From contig OZ244922.1 of assembly GCA_965221905.1 (NCBI GenBank), forward strand, positions 1,504,001-1,568,000: a stretch of 64,000 nucleotides of DNA. Reading direction: 5' to 3'. Position numbers and translations under genes: made by a program. Shown piece by piece: positions 1-9,201 of the stretch (its first letter is position 1; every line of letters begins with the position of its first letter). The DNA comes from Chloroflexota bacterium. GTDB lineage: Bacteria > Chloroflexota > UBA11872 > VXOZ01. The notes beneath the pieces are model-generated. The model searched no databases. It worked only from the letters and a program-made list of their open reading frames with translations, and was not told the origin of the DNA.

Positions 1-1191
1 TGGCGGCGGACCGACTTTCGTGAGCTTGCGCTGGACGACCTGTTGCTCTACATGCCTGCCGGTCTGGACGCGGCGAGCGAAGAAGACCTGCCGGAGACTC
101 TCCGGTCGCACATAACCACCGGGGATGAGTGGGGCGGCCTGGCGGTGCAAGTGAATTCGGAAATAGTCTTCACGAGGCTAGACGAATCGCTTCAGGCCCA
201 AGGGGTAATACTCGCGCCGCTGGCGGAGGCGATAAACACGCACCCGGAGCTTGCGCAGCCGCACCTCGGACGAATAGTGACACCGGGGGACGGCAAATTC
301 CCCGCACTGCATGGCGCCTTCCTTTCGGGGGGAATATTCTGCTATGTGCCGCCCGATACTACGGTCGAACTCCCAATACAGGCGCTCATCTGGATGAATG
401 CTGAAAATATCGCGGTTTTCCCCCATGTACTGTTGGTGGCAGATCGAGGGAGCAAGGTGACGTTTGTCGAGCGATACGCCAGCCCGACGCTTGAGGCGCA
501 GTCCTTTTCATGTCCGGCGACTGAGGTTGTCGTGAGAGACGGTGCCCAGGTGAGCCACGTGACTATCCAAGACTGGGGACGGCATGTAATCGAGCTCGGC
601 TTCCAGCGGCTCCGTGTCGACAATGACGGTCACCTCCATACCATTCTGTCAGCCACCGGGGGCAAACTAGTCAAGAACTACGTCGATAACAGCTTTGCAG
701 GATCGGGCGTCGAGTCGTTCCATCGAGGGGTTTTCTTCACGGACGGCACGCAGCACATGGACTATAAGACCATGCAGGATCACCGTGCTCCCTACAGCAC
801 GAGCGACCTGCTGGTCAAGGGTGCGCTGCGCGACCGCTCTCGCGCAGTTTTCACCGGCGTCATCAACGTCCGGAAGGGATCAAAACGAACCGACGCCTAC
901 CAAGAGAACCGTAACTTGCTCTTGAGCAAGCGCGCGCGATCCGACTCAATACCTATCTTGGAAATCGATAACGACGACGTGCGGTGCACGCACGGATCGG
1001 CTACGGGACAGGTGGACAAAGAAGAACTGTTCTACGTCATGGCTCATGGCTTGGATAAACATAATGCGGCACGCATGTTAGTGGAGGGTTTCTTCAGCGA
1101 AGCAATTCAACATACACCGCTGGACGGCGTGCAGGCGCAGCTTGCAGGCAAGATTCGAGATAAGATGACCGGATGGAAAATAGAGGATTGA
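1..1191 (+). CDS. sufD: Fe-S cluster assembly protein SufD (5'-truncated by window edge)
   Basis: Frame is open from base 1 (WRRTD..., typical of the SufD N-terminus). SufB/D beta-helix with TDAYQENRNLLLS and PILEIDNDDVRCTHGSATG; lies upstream of sufS and sufU. Confidence 0.9.
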   Translation, partial: WRRTDFRELALDDLLLYMPAGLDAASEEDLPETLRSHITTGDEWGGLAVQVNSEIVFTRLDESLQAQGVILAPLAEAINTHPELAQPHLGRIVTPGDGKFPALHGAFLSGGIFCYVPPDTTVELPIQALIWMNAENIAVFPHVLLVADRGSKVTFVERYASPTLEAQSFSCPATEVVVRDGAQVSHVTIQDWGRHVIELGFQRLRVDNDGHLHTILSATGGKLVKNYVDNSFAGSGVESFHRGVFFTDGTQHMDYKTMQDHRAPYSTSDLLVKGALRDRSRAVFTGVINVRKGSKRTDAYQENRNLLLSKRARSDSIPILEIDNDDVRCTHGSATGQVDKEELFYVMAHGLDKHNAARMLVEGFFSEAIQHTPLDGVQAQLAGKIRDKMTGWKIED

Positions 1192-1194
1192 CGC

Positions 1195-1506
1195 ATGGCA
1201 AATTACGTGAGAGCAGCGTCGGTTGACGACATACCGGAAGGTCGGGCGGTTGTAGTTGATATAGATGGAGAGAGTCTCGCGCTTGCGCGTGTCGATGGCG
1301 CTGTCTACTGCATCGATAACATATGCACGCATGACGGGGGCCCGCTGGGCGAGGGAGAATTGGATGGAACCGCGATTGAATGCCCCCGACACGGCGGCAG
1401 ATTTGACGTCTGTACGGGTCGTGCCCTCAGCTTTCCGGCTGTCGTGCCGGTAAATGCCTATGATGTCAAAATCGAAGGTCAGGATATATTGGTGGATCTG
1501 GAATGA
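1195..1506 (+). CDS. Rieske-type [2Fe-2S] ferredoxin
   Basis: CTH...CPRH Rieske ligand motifs, 103 aa, inside the SUF operon. Confidence 0.92.
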   Translation: MANYVRAASVDDIPEGRAVVVDIDGESLALARVDGAVYCIDNICTHDGGPLGEGELDGTAIECPRHGGRFDVCTGRALSFPAVVPVNAYDVKIEGQDILVDLE

Positions 1507-1552
1507 TCTGCCAGGCTGACTGACGCTACCCAAATAGATAGGACTGTGCCCG

Positions 1553-2806
1553 ATGGAAAATGGCTTCGATGTACACGCAGTGCGGCAAGAATTCCCAATC
1601 TTGGGGGTTCAGGTACATGGCAAGCCGCTGGTGTACCTCGATAACGCGGCTACCTCGCAAAAGCCGCAGGCGGTCATTGACAGCCTGGTAGATTACTATT
1701 CGCGGTATAACGCCAACGTTCACCGCGGCATTTACACTATAAGCGAACAAGCGACCGCCGCGTATGAAGAGGCGCGCGCCAAAATTGCGCGCTTTATCAA
1801 TGCGCCGTCTCCGGAGTGCATTGTCTTTGTCCGCAATACCACCGAAGCCATCAACCTTGTGCGGTATGCGTGGGGTGCCGATAACGTCAATGCCAATGAC
1901 GAGATTCTCGTTTCTGAGATGGAGCATCACTCCAATCTCGTTCCGTGGCAGTTGCTGGCGCAAGAAAAGGGAGCAGACCTCCGTTTCTTGCGCGTCAACA
2001 ACGAGGGTCGCCTCATGCTGGACGGCCTCGACGTGCTGATCACCGATAAGACGCGGCTGATTGCTGTTACGCATGTCTCCAATGTGCTCGGCACTATTAA
2101 CCCGGTGAAGGGAATAGTCAAGAAAGCGCATAAGTACGGGGCTTTGGTCTTGCTCGATGCTGCGCAGAGCGTACCCCATATGCCGGTGGACGTGCAGGAC
2201 TTGGACTGTGACTTCATGGCCTTTTCCGGCCACAAGATGATGGGCCCGACCGGCGTGGGCGTGCTCTACGCCAAGCCGCATTTACTGGAAGCAATGCGCC
2301 CCTTCATGGGGGGCGGCAGTATGATACGCAAGGTCATGCTTGCCGAATCAACGTGGGCGGACGCGCCACAAAAGTTCGAGGCGGGCACTCCCAATATCGC
2401 GGATGCAATTGCACTGGGCGCGGCCGTTGATTATCTCACCGATCTTGGCATGGAAAATGTGCGTGAGCATGAAATAGAGATTACCCAATACGCCCTAAAC
2501 CTGCTGGGCGAGATTTCAGGCGTCAAGCTCTTTGGGCCATGGGAAATACAGACCCGAGCCGGTGTAATATCTTTTGTAATGGATGGCGTGCATCCGCACG
2601 ACATCGCGCAAATTCTTGATAGCGAAGCAGTGGCAGTGAGAGCGGGGCACCACTGTTGCCAGCCGCTCATGCGACGCTTCAATGTGCCGGCCACGGCGCG
2701 GGCGAGCTTCTACGCGTACACCACTGAGCAGGACGTTGACGCGTTGATCGAGGGCATACATAAGGCGCAAAGGGTGTTCGGGCATGCAGTTGAACGATCT
2801 CTATAA
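1553..2806 (+). CDS. sufS: Cysteine desulfurase SufS
   Basis: YLDNAATSQKP, PLP-lysine motif SGHKM, group II catalytic motif RAGHHC. Confidence 0.96.
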   Translation: MENGFDVHAVRQEFPILGVQVHGKPLVYLDNAATSQKPQAVIDSLVDYYSRYNANVHRGIYTISEQATAAYEEARAKIARFINAPSPECIVFVRNTTEAINLVRYAWGADNVNANDEILVSEMEHHSNLVPWQLLAQEKGADLRFLRVNNEGRLMLDGLDVLITDKTRLIAVTHVSNVLGTINPVKGIVKKAHKYGALVLLDAAQSVPHMPVDVQDLDCDFMAFSGHKMMGPTGVGVLYAKPHLLEAMRPFMGGGSMIRKVMLAESTWADAPQKFEAGTPNIADAIALGAAVDYLTDLGMENVREHEIEITQYALNLLGEISGVKLFGPWEIQTRAGVISFVMDGVHPHDIAQILDSEAVAVRAGHHCCQPLMRRFNVPATARASFYAYTTEQDVDALIEGIHKAQRVFGHAVERSL

Positions 2807-3239
2807 GGAGATCATCCTTGACCACTACCAAAGCCCTCACAACCGGGGCAAGCCGCCGCATGCCGATATTGAAGCTGAAGGTGTCAATCCGCTCTGCGGG
2901 GATGAAGTTGAGGTCTTCGTTCTGCTGGACGGGGAGCTTTTGAAGGAAGTGCGCTTCGACGGCGTGGGTTGTGCGATTAGTCTCGCGGCAGCATCGATGA
3001 TGACTGAGATACTTGAAGGTAAGTCCAAAGAAGAGGTCAGGCACATTGGAGGCCTCTTCAAGGCCCTGATGCATGGCGAGGACGTCACGCTGCCTGACGA
3101 GATGGAGGACCTAGAATCCCTGAAGGGCGTTGCGAACTTCCCTCTGCGCGTTAAGTGCGCCATGCTGCCCTGGACGACGCTGGAACACGGCTTGGCCAAT
3201 GAAGTTGCCGGCCGCAAGGTCTCTATCGAGGTAGAGTAA
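2784..3239 (+). CDS. sufU: SUF system sulfur-transfer protein SufU (NifU-like)
   Basis: LYKEIILDHY, NPLCGD, GCAIS, RVKCA motifs; overlaps the end of sufS. Confidence 0.93.
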   Translation: MQLNDLYKEIILDHYQSPHNRGKPPHADIEAEGVNPLCGDEVEVFVLLDGELLKEVRFDGVGCAISLAAASMMTEILEGKSKEEVRHIGGLFKALMHGEDVTLPDEMEDLESLKGVANFPLRVKCAMLPWTTLEHGLANEVAGRKVSIEVE

Positions 3240-3244
3240 CGGGC

Positions 3245-3397
3245 CTACTTACTGGAGATTCCGCGCACTATGCCTTTGACTGCAACCATGATAGCCAAAC
3301 AGGTCAAAATGGCAATCATTGGCGCGACTACGAATGGCAGCCCTGAAAAGAAACCCCAAACGATAAACCCGATCACGCGCAGCACGAAGTCCAGCAT
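3245..3397 (-). CDS. Small hydrophobic membrane protein (50 aa)
   Basis: GGAGG about 10 nt upstream of the ATG at 3397; almost entirely hydrophobic (MLDFVLRVIGFIVWGFFSGLPFVVAPMIAILTCLAIMVAVKG...). Confidence 0.6.
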   Translation of the reverse strand: MLDFVLRVIGFIVWGFFSGLPFVVAPMIAILTCLAIMVAVKGIVRGISSK

Positions 3398-3602
3398 CTG
3401 CACAATCCTCCGAGATCTTAGTTCTCCGGCACAGGCGAAAGTAGCCTCATAGTACACTAATCGTGCGTAGGGCGCATCTCTTGTGCTTTGCTTCTTTTGC
3501 CACTCAAGTCCTCGCGATTCAACATGAGCATTTAGGGTGTATTCCTAATTTAAGTGCTGTCATTTCCAAGGCAGCAGTGCAGTCATTAGGAGCAGTAACA
3601 AC

Positions 3603-4409
3603 ATGGCGGCAAAGATTGGATGTCAGGCGCGACTCTGGTTGCGGGAGACCCAAGATCTTGGCAGCATCCTGCCAACTATAGGCAGGGACTTGGGGGCGGC
3701 CGGCTACGATGGATTGGAAGTTGGCTACGCCTATGTCAACAACCCGGACGACATAGCGGCCTACCGGAAGGCAGTCGACGACAAAGGACTGAGAACCGCA
3801 GGCATTCACGTGGGCGGAGCCTGGCATGACCCCGGCACTGTCCGAGAGAAGTCCATGCCCCAGGCGCGAGCCGCGGCTGACTTTGCGGGAGCAGTGGGCG
3901 CTGAGTACCTCGTCATTAGCACGGGGCGCAAACAGGACGGCTCGCTCACACAAGAAGAAATCGGCCTGCAGGTAGCCCACCTCACGGAGCTCTGCGCGTA
4001 CACCCTAGCCAAAGGTGTGATGCCGCTCTTGCACAACCATCAGCACGAGTTTGAAGACGGTGCGCAGGTATTCTATGGGATCATGTCCGGCATCGACGCC
4101 GGCTTGCTTGGCTTGTGCCTGGACATTAACTGGGCTATGGGGGCAGGCGCTGACGGTGTAGCGGTGCTCAAGGAGTTCTACTCGCGGCTGCGTATGGTGC
4201 ACCTTCGCGATACGGTGAAAGACGCCGCCTGTGTGGAGGTGATGGGCGAGGGCGACGTGGCGCTGAATGAAATAATTTCGGTGCTGCGTGAAGCTGAGTA
4301 CGCGCACTGGGTTCTCTACGAGTGGTCTGCCTGCGACCCGACGACCAACCGTCCTACGGCTGAAATCGCGCGGCTAAACCAAGAATATCTTCGCCAAGCG
4401 CTGAGCTGA
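3603..4409 (+). CDS. Sugar phosphate isomerase/epimerase (IolE-like TIM barrel)
   Basis: GYDGLE, HNH..EF, LCLD, HLRD and E ligand motifs; AGGAG ribosome-binding site. Confidence 0.85.
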   Translation: MAAKIGCQARLWLRETQDLGSILPTIGRDLGAAGYDGLEVGYAYVNNPDDIAAYRKAVDDKGLRTAGIHVGGAWHDPGTVREKSMPQARAAADFAGAVGAEYLVISTGRKQDGSLTQEEIGLQVAHLTELCAYTLAKGVMPLLHNHQHEFEDGAQVFYGIMSGIDAGLLGLCLDINWAMGAGADGVAVLKEFYSRLRMVHLRDTVKDAACVEVMGEGDVALNEIISVLREAEYAHWVLYEWSACDPTTNRPTAEIARLNQEYLRQALS

Positions 4410-4600
4410 CGCATCGCGGGGCCGGCACAATTTACCCTTGTGCACTTCTCCTACCGGCGCTGCATGACAGCTTGGGTGAGGAGTGAATGCACTTTAGGGG
4501 TGCGATGCGTTGATCTCTCTCGAATTCTCCGTTCACCTGTGGAGAAGGTGTGGAAAAGCTGTTGGACCGCTCAAACTATTCTGGATTGCGCAATCTGCAG

Positions 4601-4697
4601 CGGAGGCGCATGGGAGTCGAACCCACCCAGGACGGGAGTAGCCCGCCCCGCAGACGGTTTTGAAGACCGCGAGGCCCACCGGGACCCGAGCGCCTCC
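4601..4697 (-). tRNA. selC: tRNA-Sec (anticodon UCA)
   Basis: Minus strand reads GGAGGCGC...GCGCCTCC-G: 8-bp acceptor stem, extended D stem, anticodon arm GCGGT-CTTCAAA-ACCGT, long variable arm, GGTTCGACTCC T-loop. 97 nt; CCA not encoded. Confidence 0.95.
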
Positions 4698-4902
4698 ACA
4701 TTTCAGTCTAGCAGTCTTCTTCGCGGCAGGAAAAGGCAGCACTGCTTTCCCACCCATAAACGGCCCAGAGCCCAGTATGCCTTGGGGCTATGAACGCGAA
4801 GCTCTGGAGTCCAAATCATACCGGCGGCAGGAATTACAGTCTTGGTTAGCGGTAGTCATTGCCGCTCGCAGTTGGATGGTACGTGGGCTTCTAACCACTT
4901 AC

Positions 4903-4932
4903 TTGACAATGCCTGCCCATGTTCGGTATCTA
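4903..4932 (+). promoter_or_regulatory. Putative sigma70 promoter upstream of the 5104 gene
   Basis: TTGACA-N18-TATCTA. Confidence 0.4.
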
Positions 4933-5103
4933 AGAATTGCAAGGGTCGGCGCCTTGTGACAATGTGGACAGTGCCTGCGCCTGCAAGAGAGTGGAGTGAG
5001 CCCTGTGTGTGAGTTGGAAATGGAAGTCGAAAGCGCGGAAGACGCAATAGTGAAGACCTACAAAAGCCGAATTTCTTAGAACTCAATCCGTGTGGTGTGA
5101 CAA

Positions 5104-5934
5104 ATGCGTGTTGGATTTAATCCTCGTTTACAGCCGTTTCGCCGTATGAGTGTGGCTGAACAGTTGCAGGAGACGTTGCACACGGCCCAGCGCCTAGAGT
5201 TTGCGGTAATAGAGATCAATGTGGGTGAGGTTCTCTATCGCAAGGGGTTGTGGGATACGTTTACGCGGGACGTGCTGGAAGTCATGGCGCACGCGTCCCT
5301 GCAGTTTCAGGTAAACCTCTTCCCGGATGAAGGATTCGAAGAGGCGCCGAGCGACATCACCCCTATACCGCGCTCGGTCTATCTGCGGCGGCTTGTCCAG
5401 ACAATCGAGTTCTTCGAAGCCTATGCCCCGATGTCGCTCTACGTAATGCATGCAGGACGACGCAAGAGGCACATCGACGATCACTTGAAAGCGCTCTATG
5501 AGGCGTTTCAGGCGCTGCTCGTGCTCTATCCGGGCGTGCCGCTGGCGATCGAAAACGGTGGGCGCGAGACCGTGCTGCACTTCCCCGACGACTTTCTGAC
5601 ATTCCTGGACGCCTTCCCGGCATTGCGGTTCGTGATGCATACCGGTTGCGCGTTTCAGTCGGTAATGTGGGATAACGACCAGCTAGCGCGCTACGTGCGC
5701 AAGGCGTCGCGCTTCGTGGATCGACTTGCTGCCATTCGTTGGACAAATGCCAATCCGGTCACTGACCCCGATCGCCCTTTGCAGCTAGAACTCGATCGAG
5801 CACCCGACCTTGCGCTGATAATGCGAGGGCTAGGGCGAAATCCTGCCTTGGTGCACGTGCTCGATACGGTAGGCGGCAGACCGTCTGCCCTAGCTCGTGA
5901 ACGGCGTGCGCTGCACGCTCAAGTCCAGCGCTAG
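5104..5934 (+). CDS. TIM-barrel protein, xylose isomerase/AP-endonuclease-2-like fold, with degenerate metal ligands
   Basis: VMHAG and LAIENG strands are in the expected order, but the DxGH and HxxD positions read HTGC and RWTN. Confidence 0.6.
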   Translation: MRVGFNPRLQPFRRMSVAEQLQETLHTAQRLEFAVIEINVGEVLYRKGLWDTFTRDVLEVMAHASLQFQVNLFPDEGFEEAPSDITPIPRSVYLRRLVQTIEFFEAYAPMSLYVMHAGRRKRHIDDHLKALYEAFQALLVLYPGVPLAIENGGRETVLHFPDDFLTFLDAFPALRFVMHTGCAFQSVMWDNDQLARYVRKASRFVDRLAAIRWTNANPVTDPDRPLQLELDRAPDLALIMRGLGRNPALVHVLDTVGGRPSALARERRALHAQVQR

Positions 5935-6203
5935 GCGCGCATCGCGGAGAGCACTATCGCTTGGAGTGATGCAATACCTGCGGCGATTTCGCAGGCATGA
6001 AGGGCACCCCGAGTATTGCGCTCTGCCGATCCGGTTGCTGGCACAGTCGGCAGAGCCTGCTAAACGTGTCGCACGCTCCTGCGGTATAATTTTGGAGCTA
6101 CGATTGCTCCTGGCTACGCATCGATTCGGCAATTTCGGCGCGTAGCACACAGTTCACTATGAAGTCTACCCGAGGCAAGTCCGGCAACGAGGCAACAGTA
6201 GTC

Positions 6204-6548
6204 ATGGAAGCGAAAATTGCAGATCGTGACATCGAGCGATTGCACTTCGACGCCCAAGGGCTTGTGCCTGCCGTGATTCAAGACGTGGATACGAAACAGG
6301 TGCTCATGCTGGGCTACATGACAAAGCAAATGTTGGCCAAGACACTGGAAACGGAGCAGGTGTGGTTTTGGAGCCGGAGCCGCCGAGAGCCGTGGCTAAA
6401 GGGCGCTACGAGCGGAAACTACTTGAACGTGGTGGGCGTTTATCGCAATTGTGAAGACAACTCGTTGCTCATTCTTGCCAGACCCGATGGTCCTACCTGC
6501 CATACGGGCAGTGTCTCATGCTACTACCGCACGCTCGATGAGGAATAG
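6204..6548 (+). CDS. hisI: Phosphoribosyl-AMP cyclohydrolase
   Basis: FWSRSR..W.KGATSGN, NCEDNSLL, GPTCHTG..SCY motifs; TATAAT near 6085. Alternative start at 6159. Confidence 0.93.
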   Translation: MEAKIADRDIERLHFDAQGLVPAVIQDVDTKQVLMLGYMTKQMLAKTLETEQVWFWSRSRREPWLKGATSGNYLNVVGVYRNCEDNSLLILARPDGPTCHTGSVSCYYRTLDEE

Positions 6549-6550
6549 CC

Positions 6551-6925
6551 ATGGCAGATGAAGGCAAACCCGCAGAAGTCAAGGCAGCGATGCTCGATGA
6601 GGTCTTTCAAACCATCCGTGAACGGCAGCAATCGATGCCTGAGGGGTCTTACGTAACGCATCTGCTCCAGGGAGGCATTGATCGAATTGCCCGAAAGGTG
6701 GGCGAAGAGGCGATAGAGGTGGTGCTGGCAGCCAAGAACGAAGCACCGGACGACCTGACGGCGGAAGTGGCCGACCTGTGGTTCCATTGCTTGGTGTTAT
6801 TGGCACAGTGCGGACTCACGCCGGATGACATCTACCAAGAACTCGCCCAGCGGCACGGCAAGCAATCGAGTTTTAGGCAAAAGGCTGATGCACAGGCTCA
6901 GTTGCCTTCTTCTCAAGACGTCTAG
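6551..6925 (+). CDS. hisE: Phosphoribosyl-ATP pyrophosphatase
   Basis: SYV..L, KVGEEAIEV, EVADLWFH motifs. Confidence 0.94.
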   Translation: MADEGKPAEVKAAMLDEVFQTIRERQQSMPEGSYVTHLLQGGIDRIARKVGEEAIEVVLAAKNEAPDDLTAEVADLWFHCLVLLAQCGLTPDDIYQELAQRHGKQSSFRQKADAQAQLPSSQDV

Positions 6926-7155
6926 TCCAATTGCAGCTTTCGCGCGCGTTTCGATCCAAATGTCAGCGGATGCTTGCGCTTCCCGCTTGGAGGCGTTTGC
7001 GCTCCGAAAGCCACAGACAGGCCGAGTGTGGCCCTTGGCGCATAATTCCAAGATAAGCCTACTCCCGTCGATTGCGTGCCTGAATGCAGGGGCACTTCTT
7101 ATCTCAAAGAATTGAGCGCAATGCGTAGAATCCCGCTGCATCCGCAGGGCACACG

Positions 7156-9201
7156 ATGATATCTGAACGCAAGAATCAATTTGCGCCCACGATGCGAATG
7201 TTCCGCACTATGATCAGCCTGAGGGTTCTCCCGCCAGCGCTCAGCGTATTGTGGGTCGGAGGACTGCTCGCCGGTATAGGACTCTTCTTGCGTGCCTTGC
7301 GCTTTGTAGGGCTGTTGCCAGCGGAAAACCACTGGGGGTCGCTGGTCTGGGTGGTTCCGGCGTTAGTTGCGCTTTCATGGATTGCCCTCGCGCTTCTTTG
7401 GTTTAGAGCGACCCGGGCTCTCGTGCCGCTGCGAGTGCTTGTGCTTACCGGACTCCCATTCTTGCCGTTTGCAGTGTTGGGATTTCTCCACCACCCTCCG
7501 TTCCACATGGGCATCGGGCTGCTGACGGAGATTAGCGAAATCATCCACTACGTGCGCGGCGGGAGAGTCGCACTTGGTACAATTGTGGCATTGACTATCT
7601 ATTTCCATGCCCTGATAGGCAGCGCGAGTCTGCGCTACGCGCGAGGAGGGCATTCGTGCCGGACCGCTCTTGGGGAAGGGGCGACTTCTCTCTTGCCAAC
7701 GGTGATAGCAGGGGCGCTGCTGGTATTGGGTTTAACGCAAGCCGTTACCTATATCTCAATCGCCTTCGACGACCAAGTGCGCTACTGGTCGGTTGCAGAT
7801 GCCTTGGCTCGGGGCCAAGGGTATCCGCTAAGGACATTCGATCAAGAGTTTGCGAATTCGCTAAGTGAAGTCCCGTATTGGACCGATGACTTGCCCGTAT
7901 GGCCGGTCACTATGCTAGTCGGCTTTGCGCTCTTTGGGCACACTACAGCCGGGTCATACGCGCCTCTGATTGCGGCAAATGTACTTCTGCCCCTCGTTGC
8001 TTTTCTTGCTGTACGCAACATTTCCGGCAATCTAGTCTTGGCTTTTGGCGCAGCGGCAACGCTTGTTCTTTTCCCGATGTACCAGATCTATGCGCTTGGC
8101 GCGGCTGAGCCGGAGCCGCTTTTCCACTTGTTGCTACTGGCGATGATCGCCTGTGTGCCGAAAGCACGGCATTGGCAGCATTGGGTACTTTTCGGTATTG
8201 TCACCGGGCTTGTGGTCATGACTCGACCGGAAGGTGGGCTCTACGCGGCTGTGGCCTTGGTAGTACTGCTTGCAACGCGATGGCGGGAAGTTGGCGTCTG
8301 GGTTGCAGCAGTTTTGGCTGCAATACCTTCCATGATTTATGCCGGGATGACGTGGTTGCAAACGGGAAAACCGTGGCCGCTCCAGCGCACAACTTATTTT
8401 GCCCTGGAGAATCTGGCGCAACACTGGCAAGGATTCGCTACAGTGGGCGCAGAATACTACAGTGCTCAGCTTCGCACTACAACGACGGGCTTCTGGCTAG
8501 TCGTGGGTACCGCGTTGCTGCTCTTCATATGGGGAGCATTTTGGCTTGCGCTACAGCGCCCTGTGTTTCTCTTTGTGCCGCTGGCGGCGGGAGCACATGT
8601 GCTTCTTCTCTGGCTGACGGAGGCAGGTCCCGCGCTTTCAAATGTTGAGAATCCACCCGACTTCTTTCGCCACATGTCGCATGCTCTGCCTTATGCGTGG
8701 AGTACGGTGAGCCTTGGTATATTTGCCCTAGTTTGGTCTAAGCGTCACTTATGGCGGCAGTGGCTGCTTGTCACAATCTTTGTTCTTAGTACCTACTACT
8801 CCTACCAGGTACTCATAACGCCGGAGGCAACGTATGGCAGCGCAAGTATATTGTTGCCCTCAAGTGGAAGGTTTAGCCTGCTCAAGGCCGATACGTATGT
8901 CTTGGCCCAAGACCTTTTCGCGCATCCCCATGAGTTACCGGAGATCCCACACGCGTGGCGAGACGGCGTGCTCTTCATGCAACCGTGGGACTATCTTGGT
9001 TTCCGAGCAGGCGTATTCGATCACTATCGACCCTTCGACATGCACAGGGCGGACGTGGGCAAACCCTATATGATGGCGAGCCTGTATGCTAGTCTTTTGG
9101 CTTACATAACGCTTGCACTCGCCGCACTTGTCGGTTCAGTGGAACGCCCGGAGGCTACGAAGCGCTGGTGGCGGCGGGGGTCTGCCACCCCGTCTCAGTA
9201 A
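7156..9201 (+). CDS. Polytopic membrane protein, probable GT-C fold glycosyltransferase
   Basis: Many transmembrane segments; acidic loop FDDQVRYW..A..LARGQGY, a PEP motif and TRPEG, as in PMT/ArnT-like enzymes. Start uncertain. Confidence 0.65.
   Translation: MISERKNQFAPTMRMFRTMISLRVLPPALSVLWVGGLLAGIGLFLRALRFVGLLPAENHWGSLVWVVPALVALSWIALALLWFRATRALVPLRVLVLTGLPFLPFAVLGFLHHPPFHMGIGLLTEISEIIHYVRGGRVALGTIVALTIYFHALIGSASLRYARGGHSCRTALGEGATSLLPTVIAGALLVLGLTQAVTYISIAFDDQVRYWSVADALARGQGYPLRTFDQEFANSLSEVPYWTDDLPVWPVTMLVGFALFGHTTAGSYAPLIAANVLLPLVAFLAVRNISGNLVLAFGAAATLVLFPMYQIYALGAAEPEPLFHLLLLAMIACVPKARHWQHWVLFGIVTGLVVMTRPEGGLYAAVALVVLLATRWREVGVWVAAVLAAIPSMIYAGMTWLQTGKPWPLQRTTYFALENLAQHWQGFATVGAEYYSAQLRTTTTGFWLVVGTALLLFIWGAFWLALQRPVFLFVPLAAGAHVLLLWLTEAGPALSNVENPPDFFRHMSHALPYAWSTVSLGIFALVWSKRHLWRQWLLVTIFVLSTYYSYQVLITPEATYGSASILLPSSGRFSLLKADTYVLAQDLFAHPHELPEIPHAWRDGVLFMQPWDYLGFRAGVFDHYRPFDMHRADVGKPYMMASLYASLLAYITLALAALVGSVERPEATKRWWRRGSATPSQ

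Noticed and set aside
3525-3561. CIRCE- or DtxR-like inverted repeat (AGCATTTA...TAAGTGCT; TTAGG-N7-CCTAA)
   Set aside because: Spacing does not match CIRCE (9-9-9) or the DtxR/IdeR box (TTAGG-N9-CCTAA).
5014-5075. c-di-GMP-I riboswitch-like words (GGAAA...TCGAAAG...GACGCAA...CCTA) in the leader of the 5104 gene
   Set aside because: The stem around the GAAA loop does not pair, so the resemblance is only at the word level.
4440-5100. Genomic island or prophage integrated at selC
   Set aside because: No integrase and no duplicated tRNA 3' end was seen; neighbouring genes look chromosomal.
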